Part shown: in pieces, positions 37,825 through 46,359 of the stretch
Numbering within the stretch: the stretch's first letter is position 1
Layout of the letters: every line of letters starts with the position of its first letter
Source: Candidatus Aminicenantes bacterium
GTDB lineage: Bacteria > Acidobacteriota > Aminicenantia > Aminicenantales > Saccharicenantaceae
Reading direction: 5' to 3'
Assembly (NCBI GenBank): GCA_026393975.1
Contig: JAPKZD010000003.1
Span: forward strand, 254,858-318,857
DNA: 64,000 nt
Made by a program: the position numbers and the translations under genes
Notes under the pieces: model-generated
Told to the model about the DNA's origin: nothing
Seen by the model: the letters and a program-made list of their open reading frames with translations, nothing else
Databases searched by the model: none

Positions 37825-40563
37825 TTGAGAACAAAGAATCCTGGAAGGACCGGATTCGCGGTTTTGGTGTGCTTGCTCGTTTCGTTCGGCGGCGCCTTCG
37901 CCGCGGCTCAGGAGGCCGCGAAGGCCGGGCCGGCCAAGGCTTCCTGGACGGCCGAGGACATCCTCCTCGCCGAATCGGCCTCCGACTGGGAAATCTCCTC
38001 GGACGGAAAATGGGCGGTCTGGACGAAGACGCGGATGGACAAGGAGAAGAACGGCCGAGTGTCGAACCTCTTCCTGACCAACCTCGACACAAAGAAAGAG
38101 GTCCAACTGACGCGCGGCACGGAGTCGAACGGCCAACCCAAGTGGTCGCCGAACGGCGAATGGATCCTCTTCCTGAGCACGAAGCCCCTGCCCAAACCGA
38201 ACCCCGACCTCTCCCGTTCCCAGCTCTGGCGCATGAGCCCCTTCGGCGGCGAGCCCTGGCCGCTGACCGAGTTCGCCCGCGGCATCCAGGGCTACGAGTG
38301 GGTCGACGACGACACGGTCATCTTCAGCGCCCAGGAAGACGCCGCTTTCTACGAGCAGGAGCTCAAGCGGAAGAAGGACTCGACCCGGGTCGTCGACGAC
38401 GTCGGCCACGAGCCGCCGGTGCGGCTGTTCAAGCTGACGATCAAGGATAAGAAAGTCGCGCGCCTCACCGACAACACGGACTTCATCCAGTCTTGGGCTG
38501 TTACCCCCGACGGGAAGAGGGCCATGACCGTCGACGGCCAGTACCTGAGTTTCGAATGGGACCATAAGATCCTGCCCAAGGTCTTTCTCTGCGATCTGGA
38601 GAAGGGGACGAGCAAGGAGATCCTCGCCGGCAAGCGCCTTGTCCCGCTCGGGATCCGCGCCGCCCCGGACGGCAGCGGCTTCTATTTCGCCGCGCCGTAT
38701 TCTTCCGACCCCCGCTTTTTCACGGCCTCGGTGACCCTGCTCTATTTTTATGACCTCGCCGCCGGGAAAGAGGTCAAGGTCGACATCGGCTGGGAAAACG
38801 GCCTCGGCGGCGGCCTGGAGACGACGCCCGACGGGTTCGTCACCCTGCTCGCGGCCGGAGCGCGCTTCATTCCCGCCCGCTACGTCAAGTCAGGGCCGGC
38901 CTGGAAACGGACCGACCTCGAGGGCGAGCACGTCAAGAACCTCTTCGGGTTCGCCGTCAGCCACGACGCCAAGGTCATGGTCTACGATCATTCGACGCCG
39001 AGCACGCCGACGCAGTGGTACCGGGCCGCGCTCGCTGGCGACAAGCTGACCAGCCCGGTCCGGCTCACCGACCTCAATCCCGAATTCAAGGACAAGGCCA
39101 TCGCTCGGACCGAGATCGTCCGCTGGAAGGGAGCGCTGGGCGAGGAGATCGACGGTCTCCTCTACTACCCGCGCGACTACGCGGCCGGGAAAAAATATCC
39201 CCTGCTCACGGCGCCCCACGGCGGGCCTGCCGGCGTCGACCTCGACGCCTGGGACGAGAGCTGGGCCTACGCCCACCAGCTCCTCAGCCAGCGCGGCGCG
39301 TTCATCCTCAAGCCGAACTACCACGGCAGTTCCAACTACGGCCTCAAGTTCGTCGAGTCCATCTGCTGCGGCAAGTATTACGAGTATCCGGTCGCGGACA
39401 TCGAGACGGGCGTCGACTTCCTCGTTGGCAAGGGCCTCGTCGACCCGGACCGCGTCGGCACCTTCGGCTGGTCGAACGGCTCGATTTTATCGATCGCCGT
39501 GTCCATCGCCAACCCCGACCGCTACAAGGTCGTCTGCGCGGGCGCCGGCGACGTCGAGTTCATCAGCGACTGGGCCAACGTGGACTTCGGCCAGTCGTTC
39601 GACGCGTATTACCTCGGCAAGTCGCCGCTCGAGGACCCGGAGCTCTACCTGCGGATCTCGCCGCTCTTCCAGATGGATAAGGTCAAGGCACCGACCATCA
39701 TTTTCTTCGGCACCGAGGACCGCAATGTCCCGACGAGCCAGGGCTGGACGCACTACAGGGCGCTCTACCACCTGGGAAAAGTTCCCGTGAAATTCCTGCT
39801 TTTCCCCGGCGAACCGCACACACTTCAGGAATACGCTCATCAGCTCCGCAAGCTCGAGGAGGAGATGGCCTGGTTCGATCGCTGGTTCTTCAAGGCCGAG
39901 AAAGCGGAGAACGAGGCCTTCAAGAAGGATTCACCGTTCGGCCAGGCGATCAGGAGAAAGGGCATCGCCAAGGCCGGCCTCCTCTACGGTATCCAAAGCG
40001 GGGCGGGAAAGACGCTCGTCCCCGAAGTCGTCAAGAGAGGAGACCTCGAGGTCGGCCGCTTCGAAGTGACCCGGGCCCAGTACGCCGCGTTCGACCCGAA
40101 GTACAAGACGGCTCCGGGAACGGAGAACTACCCGGCGACCGGCATCTCCTTCGACCAGGCCAAGGCCTATACCGCCTGGCTGTCGAAGATCACGGGACAG
40201 GCGTGGCGCGTCCCGAACGAGGATGAGGCGGCCAAGCTCTACGAAGGGCTGACCGGGGAGAACACGCTCGATTACTGGGCCGGATACGCCCTCAACCCCG
40301 ACGACGCTCGCCGCCTCGAGGCCAAGATCAAGGAACTCGGCGGCGCGGCGGCGCTCCTCAAAGAAGCGGGGAGTTTTGCCGGTGTCGGGAAGGACGACGA
40401 GGAGCTCGTCTTCGACCTCGGCGGGAACGCCGCCGAGTGGGTGACGGCTAAGGACGGCAGCGGAAAAACGGCCGGCGGGAGCGCCGACCGACCGGCCGAC
40501 CCGAAGGCCCGGGCCAGGGCGGCGTCGGCCGCATGCACGGGGTTCCGCGTCGTCCAAAAATAA
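37825..40563 (+). CDS. Secreted S9 peptidase with a C-terminal formylglycine-generating-enzyme (FGE/SUMF1)-like domain
   Basis: PHGGP, GWSNG, GTEDRNV and EPH triad motifs. The last ~200 aa carry EVTRAQY..F, YPATGIS...AKAY..WL, R.P.EDE, DL.GNAAEWV and TGFRVV. Confidence 0.88.
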   Translation: MRTKNPGRTGFAVLVCLLVSFGGAFAAAQEAAKAGPAKASWTAEDILLAESASDWEISSDGKWAVWTKTRMDKEKNGRVSNLFLTNLDTKKEVQLTRGTESNGQPKWSPNGEWILFLSTKPLPKPNPDLSRSQLWRMSPFGGEPWPLTEFARGIQGYEWVDDDTVIFSAQEDAAFYEQELKRKKDSTRVVDDVGHEPPVRLFKLTIKDKKVARLTDNTDFIQSWAVTPDGKRAMTVDGQYLSFEWDHKILPKVFLCDLEKGTSKEILAGKRLVPLGIRAAPDGSGFYFAAPYSSDPRFFTASVTLLYFYDLAAGKEVKVDIGWENGLGGGLETTPDGFVTLLAAGARFIPARYVKSGPAWKRTDLEGEHVKNLFGFAVSHDAKVMVYDHSTPSTPTQWYRAALAGDKLTSPVRLTDLNPEFKDKAIARTEIVRWKGALGEEIDGLLYYPRDYAAGKKYPLLTAPHGGPAGVDLDAWDESWAYAHQLLSQRGAFILKPNYHGSSNYGLKFVESICCGKYYEYPVADIETGVDFLVGKGLVDPDRVGTFGWSNGSILSIAVSIANPDRYKVVCAGAGDVEFISDWANVDFGQSFDAYYLGKSPLEDPELYLRISPLFQMDKVKAPTIIFFGTEDRNVPTSQGWTHYRALYHLGKVPVKFLLFPGEPHTLQEYAHQLRKLEEEMAWFDRWFFKAEKAENEAFKKDSPFGQAIRRKGIAKAGLLYGIQSGAGKTLVPEVVKRGDLEVGRFEVTRAQYAAFDPKYKTAPGTENYPATGISFDQAKAYTAWLSKITGQAWRVPNEDEAAKLYEGLTGENTLDYWAGYALNPDDARRLEAKIKELGGAAALLKEAGSFAGVGKDDEELVFDLGGNAAEWVTAKDGSGKTAGGSADRPADPKARARAASAACTGFRVVQK

Positions 40564-40613
40564 TCGGCTGAGATATTGAATATATCAGGCGCCCGGCCGA
40601 TAATGGCCTCGGG

Positions 40614-41291
40614 ATGAAGTTTAAGGCGCCGATTTGGGTTCGCAGCATCCTGGGGATTGCCGTCATGGCCGGCCTCATCTTCGTCTCCTCGGGGCGTCTC
40701 GACTACTGGCAGGGTTGGGTGTATTTCGCCGTCAACCTGGCCATCGTCGGCCTGACGACGTGGTTCCTGCGGAACGACCCCGCGCTCGTCGCCGAGCGGC
40801 TCAATCCCGGCGAGGGGACGAAGATATGGGACAAGGGCTATTTCCTGCTCTCGACGCCCCTCTATTTCGCGGCCGTCATCCTGGCGGGAATCGACGCCGG
40901 GCGCCGGCATTGGAGTCCCCACCCTGCAGCGGTGTTTTATATTATGTTCCTGGCCGTTTACATCGCCGGTCAGGGGCTATTCCTGTGGGCCAAGAAGGTC
41001 AATCCGTTCTTTTCGAGCGTCGCTCGCATCCAGACCGAGCGCGGCCAAACGGTCTGCCGCGAGGGCCCTTATCGTTTCTGCCGTCACCCCGGGTATCTCG
41101 GCGGGCTCCTTTTCGGCTTGGCTACGCCTCTCGTTCTCGGCTCCTACTGGGCGCTCATCCCGCAGGCGCTGGCCACGGTCTTCCTCGTCGCCCGCACCTG
41201 CCTCGAGGACCGCATGCTCAAAAAGGAATTGCTCTGGTACATGGAATACACGAAGGCGGTGCGGTTCAGGCTCGTCCCGGGCGTCTGGTGA
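40614..41291 (+). CDS. Isoprenylcysteine carboxyl methyltransferase / PEMT family membrane protein
   Basis: N.FFS...RIQ.ERGQ.V...GPY..CRHPGY and RT..ED.ML..EL..Y.EY. Confidence 0.9.
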   Translation: MKFKAPIWVRSILGIAVMAGLIFVSSGRLDYWQGWVYFAVNLAIVGLTTWFLRNDPALVAERLNPGEGTKIWDKGYFLLSTPLYFAAVILAGIDAGRRHWSPHPAAVFYIMFLAVYIAGQGLFLWAKKVNPFFSSVARIQTERGQTVCREGPYRFCRHPGYLGGLLFGLATPLVLGSYWALIPQALATVFLVARTCLEDRMLKKELLWYMEYTKAVRFRLVPGVW

Positions 41292-41299
41292 CGCGTCGT

Positions 41300-41346
41300 G
41301 CCCCGAACAAACCCCGGCATTCATGCCGGGGAGTGTAGGGTTTGAC
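41300..41346 (-). repeat. Palindromic element, copy 2 (short form)
   Basis: Minus strand GTCAAACCCTACACT-CCCCGGCATGAATGCCGGGG-TTTGTTCGGGG. The hairpin is nearly identical to 23221-23240. Confidence 0.7.
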
Positions 41347-41404
41347 AGCCTCGTTTGTGCTCTGATATATAGTTTTATTTGAAACTCCCCAGGAGGGCCA
41401 GAAC

Positions 41405-44263
41405 GTGAACATTGAACCCCGTCTTCATTTCTTTTCAAGACTCGGTTTGACCGCGCTTCTCCTCGTCGTCGCGGCCGCCGCCGCGGCCGGCCCTCAGGCG
41501 GCGACGGCCAGGGTCACGAGCCCGAAAGAACAGTTCGGATTCTCGATCGGCGACGACTACCAGATCGTCAACTACAAACAGCTCGTCGCCTACTGGAAAA
41601 AACTCGACGCCGAATCCGACCGCATGAAGCTCGTCGACATCGGCAAGACGGCCGAGGGCCGGACGATGATCATGGCCATCGTCACCTCGCCGGCGAACCA
41701 CGCGCGCCTGGCCCGCTACAAAGACATCGCGACGCGCTTGGCTTTGGCCAAAGGCGTAAGCGATGCCGACGCGCGCCGGCTCGCCGCCGAGGGCCGGGCC
41801 GTCGTCTGGATCGATGGCGGGCTCCACGCCACCGAGATCCTCGGCTCCCAACAGCTCGTCGAGCTCGTCTGGCGGATGGCGAGCGCGAACGACGCCGAGA
41901 CGCTCCGCATCCTCGACGACGTCATCCTGCTCGCCGTGCCGGCCAACCCCGACGGGCTCGACCTCGTCGCCGACTGGTACATGCGGGAAAAGGAGCCGGC
42001 GAAGCGCTCGATGAGCGGGATCCCGGTCCTTTACCAGAAATACATCGGCCACGACAACAACCGCGATTTCTACATGAACACCCAGCCCGAGACGAAGGCG
42101 ATGAGCCGCCAGCTCTACATCGAGTGGCATCCCCAGATCCTCTATAACCACCACCAGACCGGGCCGGCCGGGACGGTGCTCTTCGCGCCGCCTTTCCGCG
42201 ACCCCTTCAACTACGTCTTCGACCCGCTCATCCCGGTCGGGCTCGACCTCGTTTCGGCGGCCATGCACAGTCGGTTCGTCACCGAAGGCAAGCCCGGGGC
42301 GACGATGCGCTCCGGCGCTGGCTACTCGACCTGGTGGAACGGCGGCCTGCGGAGCACCGGCTACTTCCACAACATCATCGGCATCCTGACCGAGGCGATC
42401 GGCAGCCCGACGCCCGTCGACATCCCCTTCATCCCCGAGCGCTTGCTCCCCAAGCAGGACTATCCCTATCCCATCGCTCCCCAGAAGTGGCACTTTCGCC
42501 AATCGATCGAGTATTCCATAACGGCCGATATGGCCATCCTCGACGTGGCTTCCAAGCATAGGGAGGATTTCCTCTACAGGCGCTATCTCATGGGCAAGCA
42601 TGCCATCGAGCTCGGGAGCAAAGACTCGTGGACCATCGTGCCCGGGACCATCGCCGAGGTCCAGGCCGCGATTGACAAGGACAGGGGAGTGGCCGCGGCC
42701 GGGGCTCAGGACCAGGGTCAGGCTTCCGCCGGCCGGGGCGGTTTTGGCTGGGGAGGAGGCGTCCCGATCAAGTATTACGAGGGCATTTTCGACAAGACCA
42801 AGCGCGACCCGCGCGGATACATCATCCCGGCCGACCAGGCCGATTTTCTGACTGCGACCAAGTTTGTCAACGCCCTGATCGAGAGTGGGATTACCGTTCA
42901 TCGGACGACGGCCGACTTCGCGGTGGCCGGGAAGACATACCCCAAAGGCTCGTACGTGGTCATGACGGCCCAGGCCTTCCGGCCCCACGTGATGACCATG
43001 TTCGAACCCCAAGACCACCCGAACGACATCCCTTACCCGGGCGGGGCGCCGAGGCCTCCCTATGACGCGGCCGGATGGACGCTGGCCTACCAGATGGGCA
43101 TCGTCTTCGACAGGATCCTCGACGGCTTCAGCGGGCCGTTCCAGGCGGTCCCGGGCGTGATCAAGCCGCCGGCGGGTGTCTTTGAGAACGCGGCCGGCGC
43201 GGCCGGGTTCCTTCTCGACCACCGGGTCAATGACACGTTCATCGCCGTCAACAGGCTGCTCAAGGCGGGGGAGGAGGTCTATTGGCTCAAGTCGGGTTTC
43301 GAGGAGGGCGGGAAAATCTACCCGGCCGGGACGATCTACGTGCCGACGAGGCCCACAGCCGCGGGTCTGCTCCGGAAAACGGCGGCTGAGCTCGGCCTGA
43401 ACGTCGGGAGCGCGGCGGTCGTGCCGAAGGGCGAGGCCTTCAAGCTGCGACCGCCCCGCATCGGGCTATGGGACAGCTACGGCGGTTCGATGGCCTCGGG
43501 CTGGGTCCGCTGGCTGCTCGAGCAGTTCGAGTTTCCCTATGAGCTCGTCTTCGCCCCGGCCCTGGACGCGGAAGATCTCAACGCCCGGTTCGACGTCCTG
43601 ATCTTCGTCGGCGGTTCGATCCCGCGCGTTCCGGCCTCGGGCCAGGGGGGGGCGGGCTTCGGTCGGGACTTCCAACCATCCGCACCGGCGAACGTCCCCG
43701 ATGAGTATAAGAACAGGATCGGGCGGATCACCGTGGAGAAGACGATCCCCAACCTGCGGCAGTTCGTCGAGGCGGGAGGGACGATCCTGGCCCTCGATTC
43801 GGCCACGGTCATCGCTGAGCACTTCAATCTGCCGCTGGCCAACGCCCTGGTCGAGAAAGCCCCCGACGGGACGGACACGCCGCTGCGGTCCGAGAAGTTC
43901 TATATCCCCGGGTCGGTGCTGAAGGCCCGGCTGGACATTACGCATCCTCTGGCCCACGGCATGCCCGATACGGTCGACATCTTCTTCGACAACACGCCCG
44001 CGTTCACGCTCCTCCCGGACGCGGCCCTCAAGGGCGTAAAGCCCGTCGCCTGGTTCGACGACGGCAAGCTCCTGCGGAGCGGCTGGGCCTGGGGCGAGTC
44101 GTACTTGCACAGGAGTGTCCAGGTCGCCGAAGCGGCGGTGGGAAGGGGAAAGGTCTTTCTCTACGGGCCCGAGATCGCCTTCAGGGGCCAGCCCCACGGC
44201 ACCTTCAAGCTCCTGTTCAACGGCATCTTCTACGGCCCCGCCGTGACCGTCATTTTAAAATAG
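41405..44263 (+). CDS. Secreted M14 zinc carboxypeptidase-family protein with a C-terminal GATase-like domain
   Basis: Signal peptide, IDGGLHATE (HxxE), NPDG, GHDNNRD, HHQ, and C-terminal FV..GGT.LA and FRGQPHGTFKLLFN. Confidence 0.9.
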   Translation: MNIEPRLHFFSRLGLTALLLVVAAAAAAGPQAATARVTSPKEQFGFSIGDDYQIVNYKQLVAYWKKLDAESDRMKLVDIGKTAEGRTMIMAIVTSPANHARLARYKDIATRLALAKGVSDADARRLAAEGRAVVWIDGGLHATEILGSQQLVELVWRMASANDAETLRILDDVILLAVPANPDGLDLVADWYMREKEPAKRSMSGIPVLYQKYIGHDNNRDFYMNTQPETKAMSRQLYIEWHPQILYNHHQTGPAGTVLFAPPFRDPFNYVFDPLIPVGLDLVSAAMHSRFVTEGKPGATMRSGAGYSTWWNGGLRSTGYFHNIIGILTEAIGSPTPVDIPFIPERLLPKQDYPYPIAPQKWHFRQSIEYSITADMAILDVASKHREDFLYRRYLMGKHAIELGSKDSWTIVPGTIAEVQAAIDKDRGVAAAGAQDQGQASAGRGGFGWGGGVPIKYYEGIFDKTKRDPRGYIIPADQADFLTATKFVNALIESGITVHRTTADFAVAGKTYPKGSYVVMTAQAFRPHVMTMFEPQDHPNDIPYPGGAPRPPYDAAGWTLAYQMGIVFDRILDGFSGPFQAVPGVIKPPAGVFENAAGAAGFLLDHRVNDTFIAVNRLLKAGEEVYWLKSGFEEGGKIYPAGTIYVPTRPTAAGLLRKTAAELGLNVGSAAVVPKGEAFKLRPPRIGLWDSYGGSMASGWVRWLLEQFEFPYELVFAPALDAEDLNARFDVLIFVGGSIPRVPASGQGGAGFGRDFQPSAPANVPDEYKNRIGRITVEKTIPNLRQFVEAGGTILALDSATVIAEHFNLPLANALVEKAPDGTDTPLRSEKFYIPGSVLKARLDITHPLAHGMPDTVDIFFDNTPAFTLLPDAALKGVKPVAWFDDGKLLRSGWAWGESYLHRSVQVAEAAVGRGKVFLYGPEIAFRGQPHGTFKLLFNGIFYGPAVTVILK

Positions 44264-44284
44264 AAGGATGTTCACGCTGTTTCC

Positions 44285-45004
44285 TTACAAGAGGGTGCGG
44301 ACGAGGAGGACGGCGCCCATCGCGGTGAGGAAGCCATAGACGAGCTTGGCGAATAGGTCGTGTGTCAGCTTCCTGTTGACGAGCCCCCCGAGGACAACCC
44401 CGATGACGATGGCCGGCAGGGAATAGAGATAAAACCGAAAAACCTCGCCCGTCCACATCCCGGCGATGCCGTGCCCGGCGAGGATCATCAGGCCGGTCGG
44501 CAGAAAGTACCCCTGAAGCGTTGCCCGGAAGCGTTCAGGCGGCCAGCCTCGGAGCATGCCGTAGGCGACGACGGGCGGTCCGTTGGTGTTGGTGGCGCCC
44601 CCGAGCACCCCCGCCGTCCAGCCGACGAGCCAGGGCAACCAGGCTTTCTCGTTCCTGATCCTGGCCCCAGGCCGGGCCAGGCCGAAAACGCCGTAGAGCA
44701 GGATGAGGATGCCGAGCGCGATCTTAAGCGGTTCCTCGGGCAGGCGGGCCAGGCCATAGATTCCGAGTGGGATGCCCAGCAAGGACGCGACGATGAGTTT
44801 CGCGGCCGACTTCATGTCGCCGCCCCGCCAACTCCTCGCGAGTATTATAAGGGAGATCGTCGGCCCCATGAAGGCGACGAGCGGCGTCGCCGTCTTGAGC
44901 CCGATGACCATCGCCAGCAGGGGCATGGCGATGACCGCGTCGCCGAAGCCCAGGGCCGAACGGACGAAAGCCGCGACGAAGATGATGCCGGCGACGGCGG
45001 GCAC
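44285..45004 (-). CDS. Sulfite exporter TauE/SafE family permease
   Basis: GFG.A.IAMPLL, G.LGG....NGPPVV.Y and FRATLQ.YF, with about 8 TM helices. Confidence 0.88.
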   Translation of the reverse strand: MPAVAGIIFVAAFVRSALGFGDAVIAMPLLAMVIGLKTATPLVAFMGPTISLIILARSWRGGDMKSAAKLIVASLLGIPLGIYGLARLPEEPLKIALGILILLYGVFGLARPGARIRNEKAWLPWLVGWTAGVLGGATNTNGPPVVAYGMLRGWPPERFRATLQGYFLPTGLMILAGHGIAGMWTGEVFRFYLYSLPAIVIGVVLGGLVNRKLTHDLFAKLVYGFLTAMGAVLLVRTLL

Positions 45005-45006
45005 GT

Positions 45007-45306
45007 CTAGCCTTTCTTCTTTTTCCTACCCAGGATGCCGCCGCTCAGAAAGAGGCCCGCGCCGAGGACGAACCCGAAATTGTACCAGGCTCCGGTGTTG
45101 TGGACCTCGTAGAACCGGACGTTACGGCTGAAGATGGAGATGACGAACGTCACGGGCGAGATGAAGCCGTGCCAGAGGCCGAGCAAGAACCCAGCCGTCC
45201 GGCCCTCGGCGTCGGCCGTTTTCTCGAGGTCGTTCCGGCCGGGCGCGCAGCCGGCCAGGAGCAGTGCCGCGATGATGATCCCGGTCAGGATGATTGAACG
45301 TCTCAT
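45007..45306 (-). CDS. Small conserved membrane lipoprotein
   Basis: Lipobox LLAG-C and GF..GLWHGFISP..F.IS.F...V..YEV.N.G.WY.FGF. Confidence 0.8.
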   Translation of the reverse strand: MRRSIILTGIIIAALLLAGCAPGRNDLEKTADAEGRTAGFLLGLWHGFISPVTFVISIFSRNVRFYEVHNTGAWYNFGFVLGAGLFLSGGILGRKKKKG

Positions 45307-45399
45307 GATGCCCTCCTTGGGAGAAGGGCGTATTGTAGCCGAAAACCGGTCGCCCCTCCAATATCAACTCCTTCGACGGTGGCCAGGACCCGGCGGAGC

Positions 45400-45428
45400 T
45401 TGCATTTACCGGTCGATCGGCATAAAAT
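45400..45428 (+). promoter_or_regulatory. sigma70 promoter of bfr
   Basis: TTGCAT-17 nt-TAAAAT, followed by an AGGAGG SD. Confidence 0.6.
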
Positions 45429-45478
45429 TGGTTTTTCGATAATAACCCATCCAAAAATCCCGACCGCAGGAGGACATC

Positions 45479-45946
45479 ATGAAAGGGGACCCTAAACTCA
45501 TCAAGGCGCTCAATGCCCTGCTCGCCGACGAGCTCACGGCCATCAACCAGTACATGGTCCACTCGGAGATGTGCGACAACTGGGGCTATGGCAAGCTCCA
45601 CAAGACCATCGAGAAACGGGCCATCGACGAGATGAAGCATGCCGAGAAACTCATCGGGCGCATCGTGTTCCTCGAGGGTCTGCCCATCGTCAGCGATCTC
45701 AAGAAGCTCACCATCGGCGCCGACGTCCCGAAGATGTTCGCGAACGACCACTTTTCCGAGACCGGGGCCATCAAGTCCTACAACGAGGCCATCGTTCTGG
45801 CCGGGACCGTTAAGGACTTCGCCACCCGGGAGATCCTCGAATCCATCCTCCAGGACGAGGACGCCCACATCGACGGCATCGAAGAGGTCCAGGACCAGAT
45901 CGGCCAGATGGGCCTCCAGATGTTCCTGACGACCCAGGTCGGCTGA
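45479..45946 (+). CDS. bfr: Bacterioferritin
   Basis: DELTAINQY.VH, IDEMKHAEKLI.RI.FLEG.P (ferroxidase ligands plus heme Met) and DEDAH. Confidence 0.95.
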   Translation: MKGDPKLIKALNALLADELTAINQYMVHSEMCDNWGYGKLHKTIEKRAIDEMKHAEKLIGRIVFLEGLPIVSDLKKLTIGADVPKMFANDHFSETGAIKSYNEAIVLAGTVKDFATREILESILQDEDAHIDGIEEVQDQIGQMGLQMFLTTQVG

Positions 45947-45960
45947 TCCCCGCGCTCTCG

Positions 45961-46353
45961 ATGCTGGCTGCGGCCCTTGTCTGGGGGGCGGTCTGGGGCT
46001 TGGGAGAGGCGACCCTCGGACACCTGCTCCACCTGACGCGCATTCCCGGATTGCCGGGCCTGGTCATGTTCCCCTTCGGCGTCCTGATCATGGGCCGGGC
46101 GCTGGCCCGGTCCGGCAGCTCTACGGCCGTTTTTTTGACCGGTGCCGTCGCCGCCGGCTTCAAGTTCCTCGACCTGCTCCTGCCGGGGACCGGCATCCTG
46201 GCCGTGATCAACCCCGCCCAGGCCATTCTCTTCGAGGCGCTGGCCGGGGCGGTCTGGGTCGGGCTGTCGAAAAAGGGCGCGGCCCCGCTTTTTCTTTTTT
46301 CGTCCTGGACGGGGCTTCGGGAAGATACGGGCGTTCCCCCGCTCGAAAGGTGA
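45961..46353 (+). CDS. Hypothetical membrane protein, possibly truncated
   Basis: Four hydrophobic segments (WGA.WGLGEATLG..LH, INP..AI..E). No clear SD. Confidence 0.5.
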   Translation: MLAAALVWGAVWGLGEATLGHLLHLTRIPGLPGLVMFPFGVLIMGRALARSGSSTAVFLTGAVAAGFKFLDLLLPGTGILAVINPAQAILFEALAGAVWVGLSKKGAAPLFLFSSWTGLREDTGVPPLER

Positions 46354-46359
46354 TCGGCC

